From Pedosphaera sp. (GTDB taxonomy: Bacteria; Verrucomicrobiota; Verrucomicrobiia; Limisphaerales; SIBE01), in assembly GCA_009695265.1 (NCBI GenBank), contig SIBE01000001.1:45-64044 (forward strand): a stretch of DNA of 64,000 bases. The letters are read 5' to 3'. Every line of letters starts with the position of its first letter. Within the stretch, counting starts at the first letter, position 1. The translations under genes and the position numbers were made by a program. Positions 34,870 through 43,749 of the stretch are shown here, piece by piece. The notes below the pieces were generated by a model. It saw only the letters and a list, made by a program, of their open reading frames with translations. It ran no database searches and had not been told where the DNA came from.

Positions 34870-37800
34870 GTGTTCGTCATCGTGACGGACGATCAAGGTT
34901 GGGGTGATGTCAGCTCGCATGGCGGCATTGCCCCGACGCCGAACATGGATCGCCTCGGCAGTGACGGCGTTCGGCTCGAAAGATTTTACGCGACGCCGGT
35001 GTGCAGCGTGACGCGATCGGCCCTGCTGACGGGGCGGAGTCCCAACCGGACGTCGGTAGGCAACACCCACGGCCTTGATCTGCGCGAGCACATCATGCCC
35101 CAGACGTTCAAGGCGGCGGGCTACCAGACGTTCATGTGTGGCAAGTGGCACCTCGGCGGGCTTTACAACACCGACGCAAACACGGTCATCAATGGCATCA
35201 CCTATCCAGTCATCCGCGAGAACGTGGACTATCAGCCGCAGAATCGGGGTTGGGATGTTCACTATGGCGAATACACCGGCGCGGTCGGTTACACGAATCA
35301 CATTAGCCGAGAGTTTGGCACGCTCGACTGGTGGCTCAATGGCCAGAGAAACCTCGACCAGGGCTGGTCCACTGATCTGCTCGCCGACAAGGCGATTCAA
35401 CTTTTTCAGCAGCGTGATCCCTCGAAGCCGGCGATCATTTACCTCGCGTTCAACGCGGTCCACGGCCCGGTGAGCGCGCCGACGAACTACCTCGACAAAT
35501 ACACCAACGCCACCGGAAACCGAAAGGTCACCCTCGCGGCGATTGATCAGATGGACGTGGCGATGGGCCGGGTGCTGAACGCGATTGATGCCGAGGGCAT
35601 CACGACCAACACGCTGGTGATCTATTTCAGCGACAACGGCGGCCAGGCAGCTTCGGGCGGATCGAACCTTCCGCTGCGCGGCGACAAGGGTGATCTGTTC
35701 GACGGCGGCATCCACACGCCGGCGGCGGTGCGCTGGCCGGGCGTGACAAACTGTCAGCAATTCATGTGGGCCGGTGATTGGTTCCCGACGCTCTGCGCCG
35801 CGACGGGCGTGACACCGCTTAACACAAAGCCCTTTGATGGCACGAATATGTGGCCGCTGCTGATCAACGCGAGCAACGGGCCATTCAACCCGACGAACTA
35901 TCGAGGCACTCCGCTTGTCTCCGGCAGCAGCGCGGGCAGCGGCATTTTCGATGTCTTCAGCAACGGCACGAATCTCACGATGTTCAAATTGATCCGCGAT
36001 AAGCTGACCGGCAACGCGTTCAGCAATTCCCTCTTCGACATCATCCTCGATCCCTACGAGACCAACGACCTCATCGCCAACCCGGTTTACACCAACATCG
36101 TCACATCCTTGATCAACCACTACAACACGCTCACGGCGGAGCGATACGGCCCCTACATTGGCGTGCATCCGCAGAGCCGGTCCGCGCCCGCTGGAACCAA
36201 CGTTACCCTCTACGCCATGACGACGGTTTACACCACGCCGGTCTCGTTCCAATGGCGCAGGAACGGGACGAACATTCCCGGCGCGACGAGCTATGCCGCG
36301 GTGGACAACAGCGTCTATCTCACCACGCTGAACCTCGCGAACGTGACGGCCGCCGATGCCGCCACCTACGACGTGGTGGTGACGAATGCTGCGACCGGTT
36401 GGCCGAACAACGTCACCAGCCTGCCGGCGGTGCTCACAGTTCTCACCAATGGCGGATCGTTCCTCACTCTCACTGGTGTCAACGCCTCGCACGCCGCGCC
36501 CGCGTCGAACGACGCTGTGCGGGTCACCGTCAACATCGCCAGCAGCACCACGGTCACGCAAGCGTTGGTGAGCTACAGCACGGGTGCGGGTGCGAGCACG
36601 ACGAACACGGTTTTCGCTGAGACGATGGCTCTGACGGCAACCGGTGGCACTGGCGGCTGGGACGGCACCGGGGCCAATAATCCGTGGACGCATCTCACGC
36701 TTGCCGGCGCTGGCAACATCAAGCAGACCATCGGCGCGAATCACGGCAGCGGCAATCCGTGCGGTCTGGAATTGAGCAAAGGCTCATCGGACCCCGCGCA
36801 AACCATGGTCACCACCGCCAGCTCCATCAATGCGACGGGAGCAACAGGCTATGTCGAGTTCTGGGTGGCCACGGTGAATGTCACGAATGGGTTGGGCTGG
36901 ACGTTCCAGCTTTCCACGAACGGCACGACTTTCATCACCCGCCTCAGCGAAACCAACGGCGCCGTTCACGCACACCAGCTCTTTCACTACAACCTGCTCC
37001 CGTCCGAGCGCCTGAGCACCTTGGCGATGCGGTTCCAGTTCATAGGCAACGGCGTTGGGGGGCCGACCGCGCCAAAGGCCCAAATCGATGACATCACCGT
37101 CGTGGCCGCCACCACCGGCGCGGCGACGGTTAACGTTGCGATGGCCGACGACGGCGCGCATCAGGACGGGGCAGCGGGCGATGGCGTTTACGGCGGCGCG
37201 ATCCCCGCGTTCCCGAACGGCACCACGGTGAGCTACTACCTGACCGCGGCTAACAGCGGCGGCCAGAGCGCCACCAATCCCATCGGCGCGCCCGCGAGCC
37301 AGTTCTCCTACACTTTCGCCGCGGCGGTCGTCAGCAATGGCTGGAGCATGTTGACACTGCCCGACACCGGGCAGACGACCAGCTACACGACCACGCCGGG
37401 TGAAGACTCGGATTACGCCATCAACACGCCCTCGTACACCGACAACGGCAACGGCACCACGACCGACAACGTCAAGGGCCTGATGTGGCAAAAAGCCGAC
37501 GGCGGCGAGATGACGATCTCCAACGCACTGATCTTCGCGCAGACCACTCTCAATGCCACCAAGTTCGCGGGCTACAACGACTGGCGCATGCCGACGGTTC
37601 ACGAGTTGATGAGCATCCTGAACCAGGACCGATCGAACCCGGCGCTCGACACGAACTATTTCACTTCGCCGGGAGTAGTCGCTGGCACGTGGAACCAGGT
37701 TTACTGGTGGTCCAGGGACCAGCTACGCAACGGCACCAACCAATGGTGCGCCAATGCCGGTGGCGGTATCGGCCCGAAGCCCATCACTGAGACGATCAGC

Positions 37801-38754
37801 GTCGGCGGCACGTTGAACTATCGCGTTCGCTCCGTGCGCGGCGCACCGGCTCCCGCGACCAACAGTCCGATCCATCACTTGATCAACAACGGCAACGGCA
37901 CGATTACCGACTCCGACACCGGGCTGACGTGGCAACAGGCCGAGATCGGCGCCACGACCGATTGGACCAACGCGCTTAACTACGCCGAGGAGCTCACGCT
38001 CGGCGGCTTCCAAGACTGGCGCCTGCCGAACATCAAGGAACTCGAGTCGCTTAACGACGAGACGCTCGTCAGTCCGTCCATCGACACGAACTATTTCCCC
38101 AACGCCGAGTCCGCGCGCTACTGGTCCTCCACCACGCAGAACAACAGCACCGGCAACGCGTGGTTTAACGAATTCATCGCCGGCATCACCAGCCAGGCCT
38201 CGAAGACATCGAGCTATTGGGTGCGCGCTGTGCGCGGCGGTCTCGCGAACACCGCGCCAGCCCTCGCCACCATTTCCAATCGCACCGTCAACGCCGGCGT
38301 CACCGTCCAGTTCACCAACACCGCCAGCGACGCGGAAACCGCCCCCGGCTTCCTGACCTACAGCCTGCTCACCACGACGACCGGCGCGACGCTCAACGCG
38401 ACCAGCGGCGCCTTCACCTGGCGCTCCGTCGTCGCGCAAGCGGGCACCACGAACCTCTTCAACATCGTCGTCGCCGACACCGGTTCACCGATCCAGACCG
38501 CGGCGCGCTCGTTCATCGTGACGGTCAACCCGTTCACCGAGGCGCGCGTTTCGCCGGCTGGTTTCAGCAACGGGCTGTTCCGATTGTCCATCGCCGGCGA
38601 CCGCGGCCCCGTCTACACCGTGCAAGCCTCGACCAATCTCACGACGTGGACCAACGTCTTCGCTGCCAACTCGCCCGCGCTCCCTCTGAACTGGATCGAT
38701 ACCAACTCGGGCATTTTTCTCCAACGCTTTTACCGCGTGCTGCTGGGGCCATGA
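34870..38754 (+). CDS. Giant multidomain protein: sulfatase core - Ig-like - beta-sandwich region - 2x DUF1566 (Lcl C-terminal-like) - cadherin-like repeat - C-terminal sorting-type beta domain; no signal peptide of its own
   Basis: 1294 aa.
- The sulfatase fold begins at the first residues (NVFVIVTDDQGWGD, CSVTRSALLTGR, ... FSDNGG).
- I-set-like domain: VSFQWRRNGTNIPGA...YDVVVTN.
- Two DUF1566-type units: GLMWQKADGG...YNDWRMPTVHELMSIL and GLTWQQAEIG...FQDWRLPNIKELESL.
- Cadherin-like repeat: NTAPALATISNRTVNAGVTV...LTYSLL.
- PVC-style C-terminal domain ending FYRVLLGP.
- The listed GTG start sits inside the conserved KPNVFVIV strand. Confidence 0.75.
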   Translation: MFVIVTDDQGWGDVSSHGGIAPTPNMDRLGSDGVRLERFYATPVCSVTRSALLTGRSPNRTSVGNTHGLDLREHIMPQTFKAAGYQTFMCGKWHLGGLYNTDANTVINGITYPVIRENVDYQPQNRGWDVHYGEYTGAVGYTNHISREFGTLDWWLNGQRNLDQGWSTDLLADKAIQLFQQRDPSKPAIIYLAFNAVHGPVSAPTNYLDKYTNATGNRKVTLAAIDQMDVAMGRVLNAIDAEGITTNTLVIYFSDNGGQAASGGSNLPLRGDKGDLFDGGIHTPAAVRWPGVTNCQQFMWAGDWFPTLCAATGVTPLNTKPFDGTNMWPLLINASNGPFNPTNYRGTPLVSGSSAGSGIFDVFSNGTNLTMFKLIRDKLTGNAFSNSLFDIILDPYETNDLIANPVYTNIVTSLINHYNTLTAERYGPYIGVHPQSRSAPAGTNVTLYAMTTVYTTPVSFQWRRNGTNIPGATSYAAVDNSVYLTTLNLANVTAADAATYDVVVTNAATGWPNNVTSLPAVLTVLTNGGSFLTLTGVNASHAAPASNDAVRVTVNIASSTTVTQALVSYSTGAGASTTNTVFAETMALTATGGTGGWDGTGANNPWTHLTLAGAGNIKQTIGANHGSGNPCGLELSKGSSDPAQTMVTTASSINATGATGYVEFWVATVNVTNGLGWTFQLSTNGTTFITRLSETNGAVHAHQLFHYNLLPSERLSTLAMRFQFIGNGVGGPTAPKAQIDDITVVAATTGAATVNVAMADDGAHQDGAAGDGVYGGAIPAFPNGTTVSYYLTAANSGGQSATNPIGAPASQFSYTFAAAVVSNGWSMLTLPDTGQTTSYTTTPGEDSDYAINTPSYTDNGNGTTTDNVKGLMWQKADGGEMTISNALIFAQTTLNATKFAGYNDWRMPTVHELMSILNQDRSNPALDTNYFTSPGVVAGTWNQVYWWSRDQLRNGTNQWCANAGGGIGPKPITETISVGGTLNYRVRSVRGAPAPATNSPIHHLINNGNGTITDSDTGLTWQQAEIGATTDWTNALNYAEELTLGGFQDWRLPNIKELESLNDETLVSPSIDTNYFPNAESARYWSSTTQNNSTGNAWFNEFIAGITSQASKTSSYWVRAVRGGLANTAPALATISNRTVNAGVTVQFTNTASDAETAPGFLTYSLLTTTTGATLNATSGAFTWRSVVAQAGTTNLFNIVVADTGSPIQTAARSFIVTVNPFTEARVSPAGFSNGLFRLSIAGDRGPVYTVQASTNLTTWTNVFAANSPALPLNWIDTNSGIFLQRFYRVLLGP

Positions 38755-38908
38755 ATCACTCCATCACAAGAAGCTACCGACAACAGCGCGGCCGAAAAAA
38801 CCACCCTTCTTCATTGATACTTCTAACTTTCCCCACCCTGCGGCTGTAGTGGGAAGGCAGAATGATGAAGGGAGAAAGCGACCTCAAAGACCGCAACATG
38901 AGATTACG

Positions 38909-39529
38909 TTATTTGATGGATATCGCTTTGTTCTTCGTTTTCGCGAGCGATTCTCGAGTAATCAATCCCGCTGCATACAGCTTTTCGGCGTGTGCCAATT
39001 GCCGTCGGCCGACGCGATTGGATTTTTCACGGTTCAGGTGTTGCGGCATCATTTCCAAGTTCGCCAATTCATTGCCGGCTTCGGGTGCCAGGCTGTAAGG
39101 AACGATGTGATCGATTTCCATGTGGGATGCTGCATAACGTCCTCGCGTGATCACCCCCGCTTTTCCATTTCGAAGGCGAACCTCATTTTCTGGGACAAAA
39201 AGGCCGAGCAGATCGGCGATCTTGACGTTGCGGATCAGGGATTCCTTCACCAACGAAGCGCGTGGCTCTTTGGTCCGGTTTATTAACTGGGCGATGCGGA
39301 TGGTGATTTCTGGCGACATGCCTTTGCGGTCAGCTTCGTGTAGCCAGTGAACGATCTTGTTCAGACGCGGGTTAGCTGCGCGTTCTCCGAGCGTGGCTAA
39401 TTTGGTTGGATCACTTAGGTTGGACACTGCGAAGACGGCTTGAAATGGCCCGAACTGATAAACCAGCCATCCAGCGAGAATGACAGTCAGGAAAACGACC
39501 GAGATGGCTTTGTATCGGCGTGTGAGCAC
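38909..39529 (-). CDS. Membrane-anchored HNH endonuclease-domain protein
   Basis: 206 aa. N-terminal TM helix (AISVVFLTVILAGWLVY) and a C-terminal HNH motif, MEIDHIVPYSLAPEAGNELANLEMMPQHLNREKSN. Confidence 0.7.
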   Translation of the reverse strand: MLTRRYKAISVVFLTVILAGWLVYQFGPFQAVFAVSNLSDPTKLATLGERAANPRLNKIVHWLHEADRKGMSPEITIRIAQLINRTKEPRASLVKESLIRNVKIADLLGLFVPENEVRLRNGKAGVITRGRYAASHMEIDHIVPYSLAPEAGNELANLEMMPQHLNREKSNRVGRRQLAHAEKLYAAGLITRESLAKTKNKAISIK

Positions 39530-39634
39530 TCGCGAAGAATTGCTTCGATGGGCTGACTTCGCAAGGAGAAGGTCAATGCGAAAGAATTCGATGAGGGAGA
39601 TCCATCGCCGGGCGTGAAAGCCGCGGACTCAGGT

Positions 39635-40261
39635 TCACCATCTTACTGGATCTATTCCGCTCATTATTACTTCTCCCTCTGGTGTGAGGATGATCTCGGC
39701 GGGAGGCACTGCTTCCAGGTCGGTCCAATGATAGCGTCGGGTGAGGAAGCTCAAGGTCTTATTGGACGAGCCGATTAAACCTTGGGCGACGCGTCGGCTT
39801 TGATCATAGCGCCCGGCAATCAGCACATCCACGTAACAGAGGATGGCTTGATTGACCTGGTTCAATTTGGCAATTTCATCCGTCTGAAAGCCGGTGAAAA
39901 GAATGATGGAGAGAAGCGTGTTCTCTTTGATGAGCCGTAAAAGCTCGATCACCGGACCTGGCTGCTGTAGCGGTTCTCCACCGCTGATAGTGACGCCTTC
40001 GATTAAATTGGTTTCAGCCACAATGCGTTGAAAGAGATCCTCCACGCGGATAATTTCTCCGCGATCAAGCGCATGGGTTTCCGGATTGAAACAGCCAGCG
40101 CAGTTGAGCGAACATCCCTGCACCCAAACCACCGCGCGCGTTCCGGGTCCATTGGCTCGGCTGCGAGCAAGAAATTGACGAATGCGCAGATTCACTTTAA
40201 GCGCTCGGTTAAAGCCTCTGAGACCCGAGGTCCGTCTAGCGGTCTCGCTGCTCCTGCTCAT
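39635..40261 (-). CDS. Radical-SAM glycyl-radical-enzyme activase, NrdG (anaerobic RNR activase)-like
   Basis: 208 aa. NGPGTRAVVWVQGCSLNCAGCFNPETH contains the CxxxCxxC cluster (nt 40091-40114) in the NrdG/PflA-type context. GVTISGGEPL is a SAM-binding motif. There is no NrdD or other glycyl-radical enzyme in the window. Confidence 0.8.
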   Translation of the reverse strand: MSRSSETARRTSGLRGFNRALKVNLRIRQFLARSRANGPGTRAVVWVQGCSLNCAGCFNPETHALDRGEIIRVEDLFQRIVAETNLIEGVTISGGEPLQQPGPVIELLRLIKENTLLSIILFTGFQTDEIAKLNQVNQAILCYVDVLIAGRYDQSRRVAQGLIGSSNKTLSFLTRRYHWTDLEAVPPAEIILTPEGEVIMSGIDPVRW

Positions 40262-40445
40262 CTTCGGCCAGTTCGGTGGGTAACTGAACGGCCTCGGAAG
40301 TCATCTCGCGCGCGGCGATTTGTCCGCCAAGGGCTTTCTCTAAATCTTTCGTGACAGACAAACACGACTCGCCCTTGACACCACGGACCTCGACGCGGAC
40401 CTGTCCATCGGGGTCAATGAAGACGTCGATTTCTTGTAGTTCCAT
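40236..40445 (-). CDS. DUF2997-family small protein
   Basis: 69 aa. EIDVFIDPDGQVRVEVRGVKGESCLSVTKDLEKALGG matches my memory of the DUF2997 pattern, and the family is usually paired with DUF1257. Its 3' end overlaps the activase start by 26 nt. Confidence 0.65.
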   Translation of the reverse strand: MELQEIDVFIDPDGQVRVEVRGVKGESCLSVTKDLEKALGGQIAAREMTSEAVQLPTELAEDEQEQRDR

Positions 40446-40460
40446 AAGTTGGCCTTTGGT

Positions 40461-40844
40461 TTAGGTCATGCGCCGGAGCACTAGATGGATGCGCCCATCC
40501 TTTTGGGTTTCTTCGGAAGTCAGCGCGAAGCCTTGTTCTTCCAATTTTGCACGCGCGGCATGATAAGAATAGCGCTGCGTGATTTGCTCAATGAATTTGG
40601 TCTGATCCATCTCACGCAGACCGAACCAATCGGCGACGCACTGGTAGTTTTCTCCGATTTTGTGAAATCCGATATCATAGTCCGGATTCTGAGTGGCAAT
40701 CTTAACCTCCACGATGGTGCGAATGCCAAGATAACCTCGAACCTCGACGTTTCCATCCTGCGGCGCATGTCCCAAGTCCGCCAACGCCTTCAACAAAAAT
40801 GCCTTCTCAACCATGCGCGTCTTGATGGTGGTGAAATGTGACAT
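40461..40844 (-). CDS. DUF1257 (Ycf35-like) protein
   Basis: 127 aa. MSHFTTIKTRMVEKAFLLKALADLG ... VEVRGYLG ... DIGF...Y.CVADWFG is the characteristic Ycf35/DUF1257 N-terminus. It starts 11 nt after the trpE stop. Confidence 0.7.
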   Translation of the reverse strand: MSHFTTIKTRMVEKAFLLKALADLGHAPQDGNVEVRGYLGIRTIVEVKIATQNPDYDIGFHKIGENYQCVADWFGLREMDQTKFIEQITQRYSYHAARAKLEEQGFALTSEETQKDGRIHLVLRRMT

Positions 40845-40855
40845 GCTGCGTGGTG

Positions 40856-42397
40856 TTAAGGCGAGGCTTGCGGTGGCTGAGTAAAACCCTCTGCCAAGGC
40901 GACTGCTTTCAGCATGGCCTTAGATTTGTTGACGGTTTCTTGAAATTCACCTTCAGGACTCGAATCCGTTACCCAGCCACCGCCAGCCTGGACATAGGCC
41001 TTGCCATCTTTGATCAAAGCGGTGCGAATGGTGATGCAACAATCGAGGTTGCCGTTGAATGAGAAGTAGCCGACGCACCCGCCGTAAGGCCCGCGCGTCG
41101 TCTGCTCGAGCTCGGAAATAATTTGCATCGCCCTGACCTTGGGGGCGCCAGTCAGCGTGCCTGCGGGAAATGTTGCGCGCATTAGATCGTAGGGCGTTTT
41201 CTCAGCCGCGAGATAGCCTTCCACTTCTGAGACGATGTGCATGACGTGGCTGTAGCGTTCGATCACCATCATGTCCTTCACTTGGACAGAACCGTATTCA
41301 CAAACGCGGCCCAAGTCATTGCGCGCTAGATCAACCAACATCACATGTTCGGCGCGCTCTTTCGGGTCGGCCAGTAATTCCTTTTCATTCGCCATGTCTT
41401 GCTCCGGGGTTTTTCCCCGAGGACGCGTCCCGGCAATGGGGCGTATCTCTACTTTGCGGTCTTCACAGCGCACATGAATTTCTGGAGAAGCTCCGACCAG
41501 GCTAAAGCCATTCAGCTCCAGGAGAAACATGTAGGGAGAAGGGTTGATCGACCGGGCAGCGCGATAGATGTCGAGCGGTGCGGATTTCACGGGCGCGGAA
41601 AAGCGCTGTGATCCGACCACTTGGATAATATCTCCGGAGGTGATGTATTCCTTCGCTTTCAAAACGTTCGCCAGAAAGCTTTCTTTCGCGACGTTTGATT
41701 GAAACGGGATCTGAGGCACCTCGTGAGGCAGAGTCACGGGGATGTGCTGAGAGGGTTGCTCGAGCAGCGAGAGGATACGTTCGATCTCTTCGATGGCGTT
41801 CGCGTAAGCTTCGGCAGGTGTCGCGGCATCATCCAGGACAGCGTTGACCAGGATGGTTAAGGTCTGGGCGACTCGATCGAAAATGAGGAGTTCATCGGCG
41901 ATCAGGAAGTACATCGTCGGTGTATTCAGTTCGTCGTGAGGCGGACGGGGAACGATTGGTTCGATATCATGAATGAACTCGTAACCAATGAAACCAACTG
42001 CGCCGCCGGTGAAACGAGGAAGAAAGGGCAACGAAACCGGCCGATATTTTTTCAAAGCCCGCTCCACAACCTCCAGACCATCTCGGACGCAGTGTAAGTC
42101 GTCGGCGCTCGGTTGCCGCGCAATGGAGAACTGCTCCACGACTTTGCCGCTCTCGATGCACTCCACCAGATGTCCGGTTTGACGGATAACAGACCGAGGG
42201 TTGCAACCGACAAAGGAATACCGGCCCAGGTGTTCACCGCCCTCGACGGACTCGAACAGGAACGACTCACCTTGGCCGCGAATCTTCTGATAGGCTGAAA
42301 GAGGGGTTTCAAAATCGGCCAAGAGGCGGCGTGTCACGGGAATTAGGTTTCCGTGCTGGGCCAGTTTCAAAAACTCTTCGTGCGATGGAGAGTACAT
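40856..42397 (-). CDS. trpE: Anthranilate synthase component I
   Basis: 513 aa. LLADFETPLSAYQKIR, ESVEGGEHLGRYSF, and the chorismate-binding C-terminus GTLTGAPKVRAMQIISELE..RGPYGGCVGYFSFNGNLDCCITIRT. Confidence 0.93.
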   Translation of the reverse strand: MYSPSHEEFLKLAQHGNLIPVTRRLLADFETPLSAYQKIRGQGESFLFESVEGGEHLGRYSFVGCNPRSVIRQTGHLVECIESGKVVEQFSIARQPSADDLHCVRDGLEVVERALKKYRPVSLPFLPRFTGGAVGFIGYEFIHDIEPIVPRPPHDELNTPTMYFLIADELLIFDRVAQTLTILVNAVLDDAATPAEAYANAIEEIERILSLLEQPSQHIPVTLPHEVPQIPFQSNVAKESFLANVLKAKEYITSGDIIQVVGSQRFSAPVKSAPLDIYRAARSINPSPYMFLLELNGFSLVGASPEIHVRCEDRKVEIRPIAGTRPRGKTPEQDMANEKELLADPKERAEHVMLVDLARNDLGRVCEYGSVQVKDMMVIERYSHVMHIVSEVEGYLAAEKTPYDLMRATFPAGTLTGAPKVRAMQIISELEQTTRGPYGGCVGYFSFNGNLDCCITIRTALIKDGKAYVQAGGGWVTDSSPEGEFQETVNKSKAMLKAVALAEGFTQPPQASP

Positions 42398-42418
42398 GAG
42401 CGTTTAAAAGGTGATAAT

Positions 42419-42946
42419 TTAACCTGGAGTCCGGCGAATACGCCACACCGAAAGCAGAGTATAAGCAACGACAGTCAAAGCATACGTAATCATTCCCATG
42501 CCGATTGCGAAGGGCACAAGATACAAGTCGCTGAAGGCCATCAAAGCGGCTCCGAGGCTTGCGATTAATGCTGTCTGTGCGAGGAGACAGATGAGGTAAA
42601 GGCCCACGCTGGTTTCACGGATGCGATCGCAAATCCAGATACGGTAGGGCTCTTCGCCGAGCGTGCGCATGAGCCAGGCTGACTGAAAGTTGCGCGCGGC
42701 CACCAGGAGGCTGCTGGTGATGATGACGACGGCGGGCAACGGCCAGATAGAAAACGCGAAGCAAAGAACCAAGTTGAGAATGATCCCAATTTTCCAACCG
42801 ATCTTTCGAGCAATCGGATTCGCTTCCAAAACAAGGTTGGGAGTAGCGATCCAGGTGCTGAGAAAATCCATGCCTCGGGCGATGATGAGCAGGATAAAAA
42901 TCAGGTAAAAGGCCGAGCTGCCAAAAGGAATTAATTCGCCCATCAC
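42419..42946 (-). CDS. Integral membrane protein (DUF5658-like)
   Basis: 175 aa with about 5 predicted TM helices. [28 protein letters not shown] resembles the DUF5658 D..ST....G..E.NP motif. Its start overlaps the hisI stop by 4 nt. Confidence 0.6.
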   Translation of the reverse strand: MMGELIPFGSSAFYLIFILLIIARGMDFLSTWIATPNLVLEANPIARKIGWKIGIILNLVLCFAFSIWPLPAVVIITSSLLVAARNFQSAWLMRTLGEEPYRIWICDRIRETSVGLYLICLLAQTALIASLGAALMAFSDLYLVPFAIGMGMITYALTVVAYTLLSVWRIRRTPG

Positions 42947-43326
42947 TTTTTCCCGTAGATTTGCTCAGGCGTGGCCAGGGATTCTTCTGTCACTCGATCG
43001 CCACTGCCTTCCACGGAGCGGAAGAAGCAGGATCGATAACCTTCATGACAGGCAGCGCCTATTTGCTCGACCTGGATGAGCAGCGTGTCACCGTCGCAAT
43101 CGAACGAGATATTTTTTACTGTTTGGATATGGCCGCTGCTCTGGCCTTTCATCCAGAATTCTTTGCGGGAACGGCTCCAGAAATAGGTTCTGCCCGTCTC
43201 GAGGGTCTTCTCGAGGGAAACACGGTTCATCCAAGCCATCATCAGCACGCGGCCAGTCGATTGCTCTTGTACAATCGCGGGAATCAGGCCGTCTGAGTTG
43301 AATTTAAGTTTGTCGTAAAAGCTCAT
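42943..43326 (-). CDS. hisI: Phosphoribosyl-AMP cyclohydrolase
   Basis: 127 aa. [38 protein letters not shown]...[29 protein letters not shown] is the canonical HisI pattern. Confidence 0.93.
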   Translation of the reverse strand: MSFYDKLKFNSDGLIPAIVQEQSTGRVLMMAWMNRVSLEKTLETGRTYFWSRSRKEFWMKGQSSGHIQTVKNISFDCDGDTLLIQVEQIGAACHEGYRSCFFRSVEGSGDRVTEESLATPEQIYGKK

Positions 43327-43332
43327 GCTGGT

Positions 43333-43749
43333 CTATTTCTGTTCAAGCTGCGAATTGGCAACAAAAGGGGAGTCGGAAGGCCGTTCGGCACGTGCGCCTC
43401 CTGGCAGGAAAGTGAACGCAACCGCTGCCAGGAGGCAAACGAAGGCGGCGACATGGTTCCATCGGATACGCTCGCCTAGGTAAGCGATCACAAATCCAGT
43501 AAAGACAGAGAGCGTGATGACTTCCTGGATAATCTTCAGTTCGATGGCGGAGTAACGGCCGTGCCCCCAACGGTTCGCAGGCACCATCAGGCAGTACTCG
43601 AAAAACGCGATTCCCCAACTCATCAAGATAACAATCCAAAGAGGGGACTGTTTGAACTTCAGATGGCCATACCAGGCGAACGTCATAAAGATATTTGAAA
43701 CAGTCAGCAACACCACCGGCAGCCAGCGAGATTGAATCATTTCAGTCAT
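43333..43749 (-). CDS. DMT-superfamily small membrane protein (DUF486 family)
   Basis: 138 aa with 4 TM helices. [15 protein letters not shown] is the hallmark DUF486 motif. Its start overlaps the hisF stop by 4 nt. Confidence 0.75.
   Translation of the reverse strand: MTEMIQSRWLPVVLLTVSNIFMTFAWYGHLKFKQSPLWIVILMSWGIAFFEYCLMVPANRWGHGRYSAIELKIIQEVITLSVFTGFVIAYLGERIRWNHVAAFVCLLAAVAFTFLPGGARAERPSDSPFVANSQLEQK

Noticed and set aside
34678-36744. 688-aa ORF on the minus strand, one of the longest in the track.
   Set aside because: It lies entirely antisense to the well-supported sulfatase/Ig region. Its translation is Arg/Gly/Ala/Val-rich low-complexity sequence with no recognisable motif. This is typical of a stop-free antisense frame in GC-rich DNA.
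36784-38439. 272-aa and 238-aa minus-strand ORFs (36784-37602 and 37723-38439).
   Set aside because: They are antisense to the DUF1566/cadherin-like part of the giant protein and have the same GC-rich artefact signature.
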